Below are positions 1-10,056 of a DNA stretch of 64,000 nt, piece after piece; the first letter of the stretch is position 1, and each line of letters starts with the position of its first letter. The notes under the pieces were generated by a model. It was not told where the DNA came from. It saw only the letters and a list, made by a program, of their open reading frames with translations, and ran no database searches. Made by a program: the position numbers and the translations under genes. The stretch is from an uncultured bacterium (lineage in GTDB: Bacteria; Patescibacteriota; Minisyncoccia; UBA6257; GWB1-50-10). Where the stretch lies: assembly GCA_903827975.1 (NCBI GenBank), contig CAIKKG010000014.1, forward strand, positions 52,833 through 116,832, read 5' to 3'.

Positions 1-1587
1 GAATCCTGTTCCCCCAGTGCTTTGTGTTGGTGTTGTTGTCTGAGTTGTCGGTAATATAGTTCTGGTTACTACATTTTCTCCAACGTCGATACCACTTAAA
101 ATTTCCGTCATCGTGTCATTTGCAATGCCCGTTGTTACTATCCTTCTTTCTGGAGTTATAACAGCCGTAGTTGATGTTCCAGCAACAGTAATTTGTGATA
201 ATGGTAGAACTTCCACATACTGCTCAGTTCCTTGTGTTTTTACTGCTGAGTTTGGGACAAGAATAATATCCTGTTTTACATCTGTAATAACTGATGCGTT
301 TACGCTCATCCCAGGTTTTACCCTTGTGTCACTAGTATCAAATCCAATTTTTACATTATATATCACTACGCCCTGTGAAACTGTTCCTATTGTGTCAATT
401 TCAATTACTTTTCCGGTAACGCTATATCCATCTATTGCATCAAACGTAAGAGTAGCTTTCTGGCCCACACTTACCTTAGACACATCAACTTCATTTAATG
501 ATATTCCTGCATAACGACTTGATGAGATTAGAGTTGCAAATATAGTTCCTGGAGAAACAGAGTCTCCTAATTTAACAATTGTGCTGGCAATAATTCCACT
601 AAAAGGTGCTCGTACCGTGTAGTACTTTAATGCATCCTTTGCATCCGCGAGTGTATTTTCCTTTTGTTTTAGTGAAAGTTCCTGTGAAGCAATATTTAAT
701 GGTGCATTTGTTATTGAGGATTGGATTGAAGAAAGAGAAGCGATGTGGGGGTTAATTTTTGATGTGTAGTCCGCTAAGTTTGTTTTATATTTTACAAGTA
801 GATTTGAATAAACTGATGGGAGAACACGATTGTTTTTGGTGTTATAGTCATTTATGTAGTCAATAAGATTGACCATATTTTTTACAGCATCTGCAATTTT
901 TATTGAGGCTCCAGATGTCTCATCAATAAATTTAACAATCTTATCTTGTGAGTCCGAGCGACTTACTAAGTGATATTCAGTGAATGCTGTATCGTACGCG
1001 TTTCTCGCATCAGTGTAACTACTTTCCGCAGTTTTAATGAGCGGTCTGACAAGATCCGCATCCTTTGCATCAACGAGATTTGTGTATGATGCAATTGTAT
1101 TATCATAGACAATTGAATTTAGTCCCGTAATTAATGTTGGTAGGTCTAAAAATGTATCTGCAACATCATTGTATCCATCGGAAACTAGTTTCTGAATATT
1201 TGAACTGGATTCTTTTAGGATTGTTAGTTGTAGATTACCTGATTCAAGACTCATTGCTGCGTCGCGGATAGTTTTTTCCGCATCTGCTGTATCAAGTCTT
1301 CCAATCACCTCACCCTCTGATACGTACTGACCATTATGAATATTAATCTCGTTTATTCTTCCTGAGGCTTCAGGTTTTATATCAATCTGATTTAAAACTG
1401 CTACCTGACCACTTCCAGAAATAGATGTTACAAGTGTGCCTTTTTCTACAACTGATGAGACATATTGTGTAACCGCGGGTTTTATATTTGCTTTTGTGTA
1501 CCAATAGTATCCCCCACCAACTACTAAAAGAACTGTTACTGATATTAGAAATTTGTTATTAGCGATCCAGTGTGAAGTTTTTGTCAT
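1..1587 (-). CDS. Efflux RND/ABC transporter periplasmic adaptor (HlyD/MacA-like), 3' end beyond window
   Basis: Hand translation from ATG 1587: MTKTSHW..., N-terminal TM helix, 'VEKGTLVTSISGSGQV...IDIKPEASGRINEI', 'VRAPFSG', 'LNEVDVSKVSVGQKA' membrane-fusion motifs; frame still open at position 1. Confidence 0.85.
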   Translation of the reverse strand, partial: MTKTSHWIANNKFLISVTVLLVVGGGYYWYTKANIKPAVTQYVSSVVEKGTLVTSISGSGQVAVLNQIDIKPEASGRINEINIHNGQYVSEGEVIGRLDTADAEKTIRDAAMSLESGNLQLTILKESSSNIQKLVSDGYNDVADTFLDLPTLITGLNSIVYDNTIASYTNLVDAKDADLVRPLIKTAESSYTDARNAYDTAFTEYHLVSRSDSQDKIVKFIDETSGASIKIADAVKNMVNLIDYINDYNTKNNRVLPSVYSNLLVKYKTNLADYTSKINPHIASLSSIQSSITNAPLNIASQELSLKQKENTLADAKDALKYYTVRAPFSGIIASTIVKLGDSVSPGTIFATLISSSRYAGISLNEVDVSKVSVGQKATLTFDAIDGYSVTGKVIEIDTIGTVSQGVVIYNVKIGFDTSDTRVKPGMSVNASVITDVKQDIILVPNSAVKTQGTEQYVEVLPLSQITVAGTSTTAVITPERRIVTTGIANDTMTEILSGIDVGENVVTRTILPTTQTTTPTQSTGGTGF

Positions 1588-1589
1588 TT

Positions 1590-2090
1590 TTATTGAGAAA
1601 TATTTTGATCTACATCTACTCGCTGATTTTCTGGTGGTGGTGGCAATACCCTTATAAGCTTTGCCCCTATTTGGCCCGTATTATTTGGTGAACCTATTAC
1701 TGCGACCGACTCACCAACCAAGAGATTATTTATTGAAATAGTTTCGCGAAACTTTTTTATGACTGTTTCATTACTTACCTGTATCATTTTTTCGGCCCCA
1801 TCACGATCCTGAACTGTAATAGTTGAACTGGAGATTTTAATTATTGGACCCGCTACTCCGTGCCCCATCAGGAAATCGTTTTCTCCAAAATTATTCCCCA
1901 TTTGACCCTTTCTCTGACCCATCACACTCCTATAATATCCCTCGCCCCATTTATATGAGAATTCCGCTTTTCTAAAGCCCACAAGTTCGCCAGCTTTAAA
2001 AGCGCTAAGCAAGACTAAAATGCTACCTAAAATAATGATTGAATATTTTAATGCTTTTGATTGAATTATTTCTCTAAGATTAATTTTCAT
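1590..2090 (-). CDS. Membrane-anchored hypothetical protein (DUF5666-like OB-fold region)
   Basis: N-terminal TM; 'GPIIKISSSTITV...VSNETVI...LLVGESVAVIG...AKLIRV' pattern. Confidence 0.6.
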   Translation of the reverse strand: MKINLREIIQSKALKYSIIILGSILVLLSAFKAGELVGFRKAEFSYKWGEGYYRSVMGQRKGQMGNNFGENDFLMGHGVAGPIIKISSSTITVQDRDGAEKMIQVSNETVIKKFRETISINNLLVGESVAVIGSPNNTGQIGAKLIRVLPPPPENQRVDVDQNISQ

Positions 2091-2100
2091 TTATATATAT

Positions 2101-2517
2101 TTAAAATGCTACAAGATTCGACCTTGTAAGAGCTCTAACATTGCGAATAAGGCGTTCTGTCGAGACTAGGAATAATAAAACACTGCCAACTAATCCTATA
2201 GCGGAAAGTATGGGCAGAGATTCAGCAAGTGAGAGAATGAAGTCCTGCCAATATGTCATTATTGTCCCTCCATCAGAAAAAATAAGGGACGATAGTTGTG
2301 AGAAGCCTGATTGTGTTAATTCAACATAAAATCCATTCCAAATTGGAGCTAGAACTAAAAGAGCTGTTGCTGATGTAACTCCAAAGAAGCCGATGCGCGC
2401 ATACATTGCGACACGTCTTTTCTTTGCATCTATACGAAGCATTGTGTCATGGAAAAGCTGCTCCGGTGGTTCCACGGGCTCAAATGACTCAAATAATTTT
2501 TGATAGTCTTTATGCAT
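2101..2517 (-). CDS. Putative membrane anti-sigma factor
   Basis: Directly downstream of ECF sigma; short 'EPPEQLFHDTMLRI' cytoplasmic segment followed by TM helices. Confidence 0.6.
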   Translation of the reverse strand: MHKDYQKLFESFEPVEPPEQLFHDTMLRIDAKKRRVAMYARIGFFGVTSATALLVLAPIWNGFYVELTQSGFSQLSSLIFSDGGTIMTYWQDFILSLAESLPILSAIGLVGSVLLFLVSTERLIRNVRALTRSNLVAF

Positions 2518-2548
2518 CAGTATTTATTATATAATACACATAAGTTTC

Positions 2549-3121
2549 TTACTTTGGTGCATCTACACCCAATATTTTTCTTAGCTTATTTATTGCTCTC
2601 AAGTGTCTACTTTTTACGGTATTTACTGATTCATTTTCTATCTCCGCAATTTCCCTGAATGTAAGTTCTTCTTTGTAATGGAGAATTAGCGCCGTTTGAT
2701 ATCTTGGGTTAAGTTTCCCTATTGCTGACTCGAGCTCCTCCTTCAGGCTTGCTCTATCAAAAAGTTCTGCTGGGAGTGGATTTTCATCTTCAATTGTTTC
2801 ATCAAATTGCTGTTCGTCGCCCTCCTTTGTGACATCAGAAAAAGTAGATGGTTTTTTCTTGCGTAGCCAGTTTAGCGATGCATTTTTTGCTATTGCAAAG
2901 ATCCAGGTTTTAAATTTTTTACTGGTATCAAACTTATCGATATTTTTCCAAATACTTACAAATATATCCTGTGTTATGTCTTCAGCATCGCCCACGTTCC
3001 CAACATAGCGAAAAACGAACCCAAAAATGGGTTTTATGTGGCGTCTAACCAGTATTTCAAGTGCCCGATTCTCGCCATTTATATATGCAGTTACAAGCTC
3101 CTCATCTATCCGCTCGTCCAT
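2549..3121 (-). CDS. ECF RNA polymerase sigma factor
   Basis: Region 2 'DAEDITQDIF...FKTWIFAIAKN' and region 4 'LTFREIAE...NTVKSRHLRA'. Confidence 0.95.
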   Translation of the reverse strand: MDERIDEELVTAYINGENRALEILVRRHIKPIFGFVFRYVGNVGDAEDITQDIFVSIWKNIDKFDTSKKFKTWIFAIAKNASLNWLRKKKPSTFSDVTKEGDEQQFDETIEDENPLPAELFDRASLKEELESAIGKLNPRYQTALILHYKEELTFREIAEIENESVNTVKSRHLRAINKLRKILGVDAPK

Positions 3122-3194
3122 AATTTATATTATATTCGATAACTCTAAATTCTGATACGCTGAAAACAGTTCATTTTTGTGATATGCTTTTATC

Positions 3195-3794
3195 ATGTCT
3201 GGACTCACAACATCTGCAATATTGGCGCTTATTATTAAATATAAGTATCTAATAATATTCCCAATCGCTGTGTTGGAGGGTCCGTTGATCTCTATGGCAG
3301 TTGGTTTTCTTATTTATTCTGGCTATCTAAATGCATTTTTTGCGTTTACACTTCTAATTCTTGCTGATTTGGTTGGAGACTCACTTTACTATTCTATCGG
3401 CCGATTTGGACGAAAAACATTTATCCATAAATATGGACGTTATATTGGAATTAATGAGGAGCGCGTCCTAAAACTAGAGACTCAGTTTGAACATCATCAT
3501 TGGAAGATAATTGCTGTAGGTAAAACGCAGGCCGTCGGCTCTCTCATACTTGTTGCTGCTGGTATTGCAAATGCGCCGTTTAAGAAATTTTTGTGGTATA
3601 ACCTTTTAGGAACTGTGCCAAAAACTTTAATTTTTGTTTTCATCGGATATTTCTTTAGTCATGGATTTGAGGCAATTACTTCATTTTCGAACTCAATCGG
3701 AATTATTTCAATCGGAATGTCGGTAGCATTACTCATTTTTTACATAGTTTTTAAGATGTATTTGAAAAAGAAGAGTCATCTAAATGGACAGTAA
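3195..3794 (+). CDS. DedA/VTT family membrane protein
   Basis: 'ADLVGDSLYYSIGRFG', 'AAGIANAPFKKFLWYNLLG' DedA motifs. Confidence 0.9.
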   Translation: MSGLTTSAILALIIKYKYLIIFPIAVLEGPLISMAVGFLIYSGYLNAFFAFTLLILADLVGDSLYYSIGRFGRKTFIHKYGRYIGINEERVLKLETQFEHHHWKIIAVGKTQAVGSLILVAAGIANAPFKKFLWYNLLGTVPKTLIFVFIGYFFSHGFEAITSFSNSIGIISIGMSVALLIFYIVFKMYLKKKSHLNGQ

Positions 3795-4821
3795 AAAGAA
3801 AATTGTAATAGTTACTGACGCCTGGCATCCGCAAAAAAACGGCGTTGTCGTGCACTCAGAAAAAATGTATGAGTATCTAACAGCTAAGGGTCATGAGGTT
3901 GTGATTATTCACCCTCAACTTTTCCCTTATAAAATGCGTGTTTTTTTCTATCCTGAGATTGAGCTGTCTCTACTTGTTGGACGAAAAATGCGAGCACTAT
4001 TAAAAGAGCATTCTCCATACTATGTTCATATCGCGACTGAGGGCCCCCTTGGCCTTGCTGCGCGAAAATATTGCATTCAAAATAGGATTAAATTTACTAC
4101 CACCTATCACACACACTACCCCATGTACATTGAGGCCAGGCTTAGCGCACTTTCAAAGATAACATCAGTATATATACGATGGTTTCATAGTGCAGCATCA
4201 CGAACCATGGTTTCAACACCTTCATTAAAATTATTTTTAGAAAATGTTGGATTTAAGAATCTGGTTATTACCCCGCTTGGTGTTGATATAGGTCTACTTA
4301 AAAAAAATGATGAGCCTAAAATTCCAAAGGAACTTGCTGGATTACCACATCCGTTTTTCATATATTTCGGTAGAGTTGCAATAGAAAAAAATGTGGAGGC
4401 ATTTTTAAAATGCAATCTTCCTGGAACAAAAATTGTTTCTGGTGGTGGCCCGCAGCTAAAGGAGCTAAAGAAAAAATATGGGAAAAGCACTATATTCATT
4501 CACTCTGCTGGTTATAAGCGAGACCAGTCATTTATTGACCTGCTTTCACTTGCGGATGTATTCGTATTCCCATCGAAAACTGAAACATTTGGACTTGTTC
4601 TATTGGAGGCACTGGCCTGCGAACTTCCAGTTGCAGCGTACGACGTGATGGGGGCAAAAGACATAATCATACAGGGAGCTCATGGATTTACAGGAGATAA
4701 TTTAGAAAAGGCAGCGCTAATGTGTCTCAACTTACCACGCGAAAATCTGCGAAAAAGAGCCGATGAATTTTCATGGGAGAATGCTGGTAATACATTTTTT
4801 CTGCATCTGGAAGAAAATTAA
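3784..4821 (+). CDS. Glycosyltransferase family 4 (lipid glycosyltransferase-like)
   Basis: 'TDAWHPQKNGVV', 'HIATEGPLG', 'VFVFPSKTETFGLVLLEALA'. Confidence 0.9.
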   Translation: MDSKKKIVIVTDAWHPQKNGVVVHSEKMYEYLTAKGHEVVIIHPQLFPYKMRVFFYPEIELSLLVGRKMRALLKEHSPYYVHIATEGPLGLAARKYCIQNRIKFTTTYHTHYPMYIEARLSALSKITSVYIRWFHSAASRTMVSTPSLKLFLENVGFKNLVITPLGVDIGLLKKNDEPKIPKELAGLPHPFFIYFGRVAIEKNVEAFLKCNLPGTKIVSGGGPQLKELKKKYGKSTIFIHSAGYKRDQSFIDLLSLADVFVFPSKTETFGLVLLEALACELPVAAYDVMGAKDIIIQGAHGFTGDNLEKAALMCLNLPRENLRKRADEFSWENAGNTFFLHLEEN

Positions 4822-5510
4822 ACCCTTTTATGCTTAACTTTTAGCCGATGCATCTTATAATTTTGCTGCACCACCTCATGCACTGAAACTAGTTTTAATA
4901 TATCTCTAATCATTAATACGTCTCCACACATACCACGGACAAAACCCACTTTGGCTGATTTTCTTGGTGTGATTGTATTTTTCCAGTCAACAACTTTAAT
5001 TGCGTATGAATTTTTAATAATTATTCTGTTAAAAAATGATTCAATGGCAAAACTTGGAAGTTCAGATATCGCATCAAGATGCTCTATCAACATATCTTTT
5101 CTGAAGACTCTCTCACCTGAAATATAATCTAATCCAATCATTCTCATAATCGATAGACTATTTTTTCTTAAACTTATTGATATATCAGCCTCCCCATTTA
5201 AAATTGGCTGAATAAGCCTAGTTACATCATCAGCACTTAGTCCTACTAGGTCAGCATCTAACATAAAAAGATGGTCGTGCTTTGACTCTCTAATTCCTGT
5301 CACAACGGCAAAACTTTTTCCACGATTTTTGGTAAGTGTGATTAGCTTGACCCCTTTTCTTTTTGAAACAATTTCACTCGTATTATCTTTTGAGCCGTCA
5401 TCAATAACAATAACCTCTTCTATTAGAGGGTGGTTTTCGATTGCATCTAAAACACCGCCGATTCTCTCACTTTCGTTATAGGCGGCAATAATACATGAGA
5501 CTTTTTTCAT
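4818..5510 (-). CDS. Glycosyltransferase family 2
   Basis: 'IIAAYNE', 'IDDGSKDNT', 'LDAD' motifs. Confidence 0.9.
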   Translation of the reverse strand: MKKVSCIIAAYNESERIGGVLDAIENHPLIEEVIVIDDGSKDNTSEIVSKRKGVKLITLTKNRGKSFAVVTGIRESKHDHLFMLDADLVGLSADDVTRLIQPILNGEADISISLRKNSLSIMRMIGLDYISGERVFRKDMLIEHLDAISELPSFAIESFFNRIIIKNSYAIKVVDWKNTITPRKSAKVGFVRGMCGDVLMIRDILKLVSVHEVVQQNYKMHRLKVKHKRV

Positions 5511-5512
5511 TT

Positions 5513-6145
5513 CTATGCGAAAAGCTCGTAATCTTTTTTGAAGATGTATAAGGAAATACGGTAAATTCCGAATGCAATAAAGAATGCAGCAAATACATCA
5601 ATTGAGTAGTGGAGGTGTCCTAATAAAACGCTAATGGCCCCAACAAATGTAGAGGCTAAGAAAAACCATCTCCAAAATCCTCTATTCCAATAAACAAGAG
5701 AGAGCATAAATGGTAGGCCAGTGTGTGCTGAGAAAAACAGATCATCTCCCGAACTTACAATACTTAATCCGTCTATTCCGTAACCAGGCGTTCCAGCGAC
5801 TGGTGGTGCTAAGTGCGTTAGAATCATGAAAAATGAACGTACAACCAAAAATAATGAGATACTTTTTAGTACAAAAGGAATGTGTTTCGGCTCATAGATT
5901 AACAGCGATGCCAAAACAACTAAAAATGCCAGTGCTCCATATATGAATATAAAGCTCATATCAACAACTGGAAGGTTGTCTAGGATTATATCTGTCGCAA
6001 CATTGCTAGCACTTATTGATGCATAAATATTTGCATAATAATTAACAAATAAACTTACAAATAATAATAAAAGGCCTACAAGCCCCTGAATGAGAGATTC
6101 TTTTTGAAACCAGAATGTTTTATGCTTATGAACTATATTTTTCAT
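5513..6145 (-). CDS. PAP2/sphingomyelin-synthase-like membrane phosphotransferase
   Basis: Multi-TM; 'GDDLFFSAHT' and 'HLHYSIDV' match SMS/IPC-synthase catalytic motifs. Confidence 0.75.
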   Translation of the reverse strand: MKNIVHKHKTFWFQKESLIQGLVGLLLLFVSLFVNYYANIYASISASNVATDIILDNLPVVDMSFIFIYGALAFLVVLASLLIYEPKHIPFVLKSISLFLVVRSFFMILTHLAPPVAGTPGYGIDGLSIVSSGDDLFFSAHTGLPFMLSLVYWNRGFWRWFFLASTFVGAISVLLGHLHYSIDVFAAFFIAFGIYRISLYIFKKDYELFA

Positions 6146-6216
6146 AACTGAAACTTGAAATTAATTATATCACCTACCTATTTTAATTGCACATATTTTT
6201 TGCTATAATGCCCTGC

Positions 6217-6780
6217 ATGATTACTATAAATTCACCCGTCCCAGATTTTGAGGCGGATTCATACCAGAACGACGAGATTAGCAAGGTTAAACTCTCTGAT
6301 TACAGAGGAAAGTGGGTCGCGATGATTTTTTATCCAGCTGATTTCACTTTTGTATGTCCAACAGAATTGGAGGATGCTGAGGCGCACTATGACGAGATTA
6401 AAGCATTGGGAGGAGAGGTTATGAGCATTAGTACTGATACTGCATTTGCGCATAAGGCGTGGCATGATTCGTCGCCCGCAATAGGAAAGGTTAGATATCC
6501 TATGTTGGCAGACCCATCTGGAAGTATTTCTAAAATGTTTGGAACATATATTGAGGGCGAGGGATTATCACTCCGAGGAACATTTATTATCGACCCAGAT
6601 GGACTTTTAAAAACCATCGAGATTCACGATAATAGCATCGGTAGAAGTGCGAAAGAGTTGGTAAGAAAGATTCAGGCTGCTAAATTTGTGAAGGAACATG
6701 CAGGAAATGTGTGTCCGGCAAACTGGGAGCCAGGAAAAGACACGTTGAAGCCAGGAGTTGAACTAGTAGGAAAGATATAA
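6217..6780 (+). CDS. ahpC: Peroxiredoxin AhpC (2-Cys)
   Basis: 'FYPADFTFVCPTE' and 'VCPANW'; ATG 6217 lies 7 nt after TGCTATAAT. Confidence 0.95.
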   Translation: MITINSPVPDFEADSYQNDEISKVKLSDYRGKWVAMIFYPADFTFVCPTELEDAEAHYDEIKALGGEVMSISTDTAFAHKAWHDSSPAIGKVRYPMLADPSGSISKMFGTYIEGEGLSLRGTFIIDPDGLLKTIEIHDNSIGRSAKELVRKIQAAKFVKEHAGNVCPANWEPGKDTLKPGVELVGKI

Positions 6781-6786
6781 AAATAG

Positions 6787-6819
6787 AAACCCGCCAATAG
6801 ATACGAATGGCGGGTTTTT
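6787..6819. terminator. Intrinsic terminator
   Basis: aaacccgcca-N-tggcgggtttt inverted repeat after ahpC. Confidence 0.75.
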
Positions 6820-6880
6820 AATTGACTCAAATATTAAACAAAGGCAATATAGTTATAGAACCTATACATAAGGAGATTCC

Positions 6881-7489
6881 ATGTTAATTGAGGTTGAGGG
6901 CATCACTGGTTCGGGTAAAACCACACAGTGCGAAAGAATGAAGAGTATTTTAGAGCATGCAAAGTTTACCGCAACGATTGTAAATGAGCCTGGTATGACA
7001 GAAATGGGCACATTTATTATGAAAGCCATAAAATCCAACACTCCAAGAGATAAGGTTGCTGAATTATTTCTTTCTCTTGCAGTTGAGGCAGAATTGCACT
7101 CACAAATTATCATTCCTGAGCATTCGATACCAGGACATCTAGTTCTTCGTGATGGAGGTAGGGGCTCTTTTATAAGTTATCATTATCTCACTACTCAGTT
7201 TAGTCTTGAGAAATTAACACGCTTATATGATCAGGCTACACTTGGGCATCGTTCAATAATGACTATATTTCTTGATGTTCCACTTGATGTTGCGGCAAAG
7301 CGTATCAAAAATAGACGTAAGGAGTCAAAGTTTGATATGTTACCTCTCGTATTTATACAAAGGCAACGTGATGTATTTATGCATCTTTCTCAAACGCTAC
7401 CAAACTGGGTTGTTGTTGATGGAACTAAACCAGCTATCAATGTTCGAGACCAGATACTTAGTAAAATACAGGATCGTGTGAACGCATAA
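6881..7489 (+). CDS. tmk: Thymidylate kinase-like protein (divergent)
   Basis: P-loop 'EGITGSGKTTQ', 'NEPG', 'IFLDVP'; canonical DR(Y/F) motif reads DGG; SD TAAGGAG. Confidence 0.7.
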   Translation: MLIEVEGITGSGKTTQCERMKSILEHAKFTATIVNEPGMTEMGTFIMKAIKSNTPRDKVAELFLSLAVEAELHSQIIIPEHSIPGHLVLRDGGRGSFISYHYLTTQFSLEKLTRLYDQATLGHRSIMTIFLDVPLDVAAKRIKNRRKESKFDMLPLVFIQRQRDVFMHLSQTLPNWVVVDGTKPAINVRDQILSKIQDRVNA

Positions 7490-7543
7490 AAATATGTTTA
7501 TAATTATGGGGGTCAATAGCCCCCATTTTTTATTATATAGTTT

Positions 7544-8146
7544 ATGAAGATTAAATATAAAATAATTGTTGTAATAGCGCTTTCGTTTTTTGTTGGCGTC
7601 TTTTTTCAGACACCTAAAATGGGCGTATTTATAAGTATAAATAAAGAGGAAAGTGAATCTACTACATCCTCAGTAAAATCTTCAGGAGTAAGAATACGTG
7701 CTCATGTTACGCGCGTCATTGATGGTGATACACTAAAAGTATTTATTAATGACCGCAATGATACCGTGCGCTTAATCGGAATCGATAGCCCGGAGATTGT
7801 TGATACTCGAAAACCAGTTCAGTGTTTTGCAAATGAGGCTTCTGCAAAAATGACGGAGTTAGTCTCGGATGCCTCCGTATTTCTCGAGGAGGATGCAACA
7901 CAGGGAGACAGAGATAAGTATGGGCGTCTCTTGAGATTCGTATTTTTAGAGAACGGAAATGATATTGGAGAGTTAATGCTTGAAGGTGGATATGCATTTG
8001 AATATACACACAATAAGGCCTACAAATATACTTCAGAATATAAATCATCCGAAAGTGATGCTAGAAATACAAAAGTTGGTTTATGGAATCAACTAAATTG
8101 TCTCACCAAAATTGTTGGCGGACGATTGGAAACTATATATAAATAA
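7544..8146 (+). CDS. Thermonuclease (SNase-like) family protein, membrane anchored
   Basis: 'VIDGDT', 'VRLIGIDSPE', 'DKYGRLL', 'GLW'. Confidence 0.92.
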   Translation: MKIKYKIIVVIALSFFVGVFFQTPKMGVFISINKEESESTTSSVKSSGVRIRAHVTRVIDGDTLKVFINDRNDTVRLIGIDSPEIVDTRKPVQCFANEASAKMTELVSDASVFLEEDATQGDRDKYGRLLRFVFLENGNDIGELMLEGGYAFEYTHNKAYKYTSEYKSSESDARNTKVGLWNQLNCLTKIVGGRLETIYK

Positions 8147-8148
8147 AA

Positions 8149-8172
8149 ACCCGCACAAATTTCTGTGCGGGT
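8149..8172. terminator. Bidirectional terminator
   Basis: acccgcaca-aatttc-tgtgcgggt between convergent genes. Confidence 0.7.
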
Positions 8173-8179
8173 GAGGAAT

Positions 8180-8395
8180 TTAATCCAGACGAACGGTCTC
8201 CTTAAGGATACCGGCGATAAGTGGAGCCAGTCTACTGGCCTCGCTGGCATCGGCTGAGTGGAGCACGAGTATTGATGACCCCGTCTCCAACTCACCTATT
8301 TTTTTATTGCCACGCCAGATCTCTAGTCTGTCCTCCTCCTTGGCTACTAGGTAGCCGACAGCTTCCAGAAAACTGATAATCTTCCTTTCTCGCAT
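8180..8395 (-). CDS. Small hypothetical protein (71 aa)
   Basis: ATG 8395 preceded by AAAGGAGGT SD and an upstream TTGACA; terminator downstream. Confidence 0.65.
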   Translation of the reverse strand: MRERKIISFLEAVGYLVAKEEDRLEIWRGNKKIGELETGSSILVLHSADASEASRLAPLIAGILKETVRLD

Positions 8396-8566
8396 ATTAC
8401 CTCCTTTCAAGGTAGTTCTAGAATTACATAATTTACTCATTTTGTCAATGAATACTCTAATTTCCTTTTTTTCTTATATATAATGTATGTTGTTGGCTAA
8501 AACACTGATTGACAATCAGCAAAATATTTGTCATTATTGACGTTCTGGCGCAAAACTAATAAACAC

Positions 8567-10018
8567 ATGGCACGCAACGAAGTTATATTACGATTTGATA
8601 AGGTTTCCTTTGAATTTGGACACCATTCCCCCATCCTAGATGAGGTTGATTTTTCAGTTCGCGAGGGAATGAAATTTACGCTTATGGGACAGAATGGCGC
8701 TGGAAAAACAACAATTTTCCAACTGATTACAGGAAGTCTAACTCCTGAGTCTGGAAAGGTTATTATTACTAATGATGCCTCCATCGCTATTGCTCGTCAG
8801 GTAATCCCAAGAGATCAGATGAGTCTTACGGTAAGAGAATTCTTTGAAAAGTGTTTCGATAAAAAAATATATGATATCGACCCTAGAATTGATGAGGTTC
8901 TTGAGGTTGTAAATTTAAATGCTCCACATGAAAGAACCGTCGGTTCTTTTTCAGGAGGTCAGCAAGCAAGGCTTTTACTTGCTTCAGCTCTCATTCAGAA
9001 GCCAGACCTGCTTTTACTTGATGAGCCTACAAATAATCTTGATAAGGCTGGCATCGCCCACCTTACACAGTTTCTTATTGATTATAAGAAGACATGCATA
9101 GTAATTTCTCACGATGCAGACTTTTTGAACGCATTCACACATGGTGTTTTATACTTGGATGTTTTCACAAGGAAAATGGAGCAGTACTCTGGTGACTACA
9201 AGGATGTGGTAGCCGAGATTTCTGCACGTATAGAAAAAGAAAACAGAAAGAATGCTTTACTTGAAAAAGAAATACAAGCAAACAAAGATAAGGTAAACTT
9301 TTTTGCACACAAGGGAGGACAGATGAGGTTGGTTGCAAAGAAAATGAGAGAGAAGGTTGAGGAGATGGAGGCCGCAAAAGTTGATGTGCGTAAGGAGGAT
9401 AAAACAATCCGTCAGTTTTTTATTCCTTCACAGCCAGAGCTAATTGGTGAGATTCTTAATATCTCAACTGTTTCAATATTCAAGGATCACAAACCAACGG
9501 TAAAAAAGGTTAAGATTTCAATGAAGAAGAATCAGCACTTACTCCTCGTAGGAAGAAATGGAATTGGAAAAAGTACTCTTCTTGAGGCATTAACACATAA
9601 AGATAACAAAGGTTCCACAATAGCAGAGGATGTTCGTGTAGGATATTACCGCCAGGATTTCTCAACACTAAATTTCGAGGATACTGTATATAATTCATTA
9701 GCATCTGTTGCTGATAATGTAGGAGAGGAGCAATTACGATCAGCTGCATCCGGATTTCTTATTGATGAGGATATGATGAGGCAGAAGATAGGCTCATTGT
9801 CAGAAGGTCAGAAAGGACTTGTGGCATTCGCACAACTCGTCTTACTAAGGCCTGGACTCTTAATACTTGATGAACCTACAAACCATATTAATTTTCGTCA
9901 TATACCTATAATAGCTAATGCTTTAAATAAGTATGAGGGAGCAATGATATTAGTAAGTCACGTGCCGGAATTTATTGAACAGATTCGTATTGACGAGACA
10001 TTTGATTTAGAAAAATAG
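8567..10018 (+). CDS. ABC-F family ATPase
   Basis: Two ABC domains ('GQNGAGKTT','FSGGQ','LDEPTN'; 'GRNGIGKST','LSEGQ') and no TM segments. Confidence 0.92.
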   Translation: MARNEVILRFDKVSFEFGHHSPILDEVDFSVREGMKFTLMGQNGAGKTTIFQLITGSLTPESGKVIITNDASIAIARQVIPRDQMSLTVREFFEKCFDKKIYDIDPRIDEVLEVVNLNAPHERTVGSFSGGQQARLLLASALIQKPDLLLLDEPTNNLDKAGIAHLTQFLIDYKKTCIVISHDADFLNAFTHGVLYLDVFTRKMEQYSGDYKDVVAEISARIEKENRKNALLEKEIQANKDKVNFFAHKGGQMRLVAKKMREKVEEMEAAKVDVRKEDKTIRQFFIPSQPELIGEILNISTVSIFKDHKPTVKKVKISMKKNQHLLLVGRNGIGKSTLLEALTHKDNKGSTIAEDVRVGYYRQDFSTLNFEDTVYNSLASVADNVGEEQLRSAASGFLIDEDMMRQKIGSLSEGQKGLVAFAQLVLLRPGLLILDEPTNHINFRHIPIIANALNKYEGAMILVSHVPEFIEQIRIDETFDLEK

Positions 10019-10021
10019 AAT

Positions 10022-10056
10022 AAAAATAAACCCCGAATTTAATCGGGGTTTATTTT
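10022..10056. terminator. Bidirectional terminator
   Basis: aaaataaaccccga-N-tcggggtttatttt. Confidence 0.8.

Noticed and set aside
113-514. 133-aa plus-strand ORF
   Set aside because: Antisense to the RND adaptor gene that runs off the window edge.
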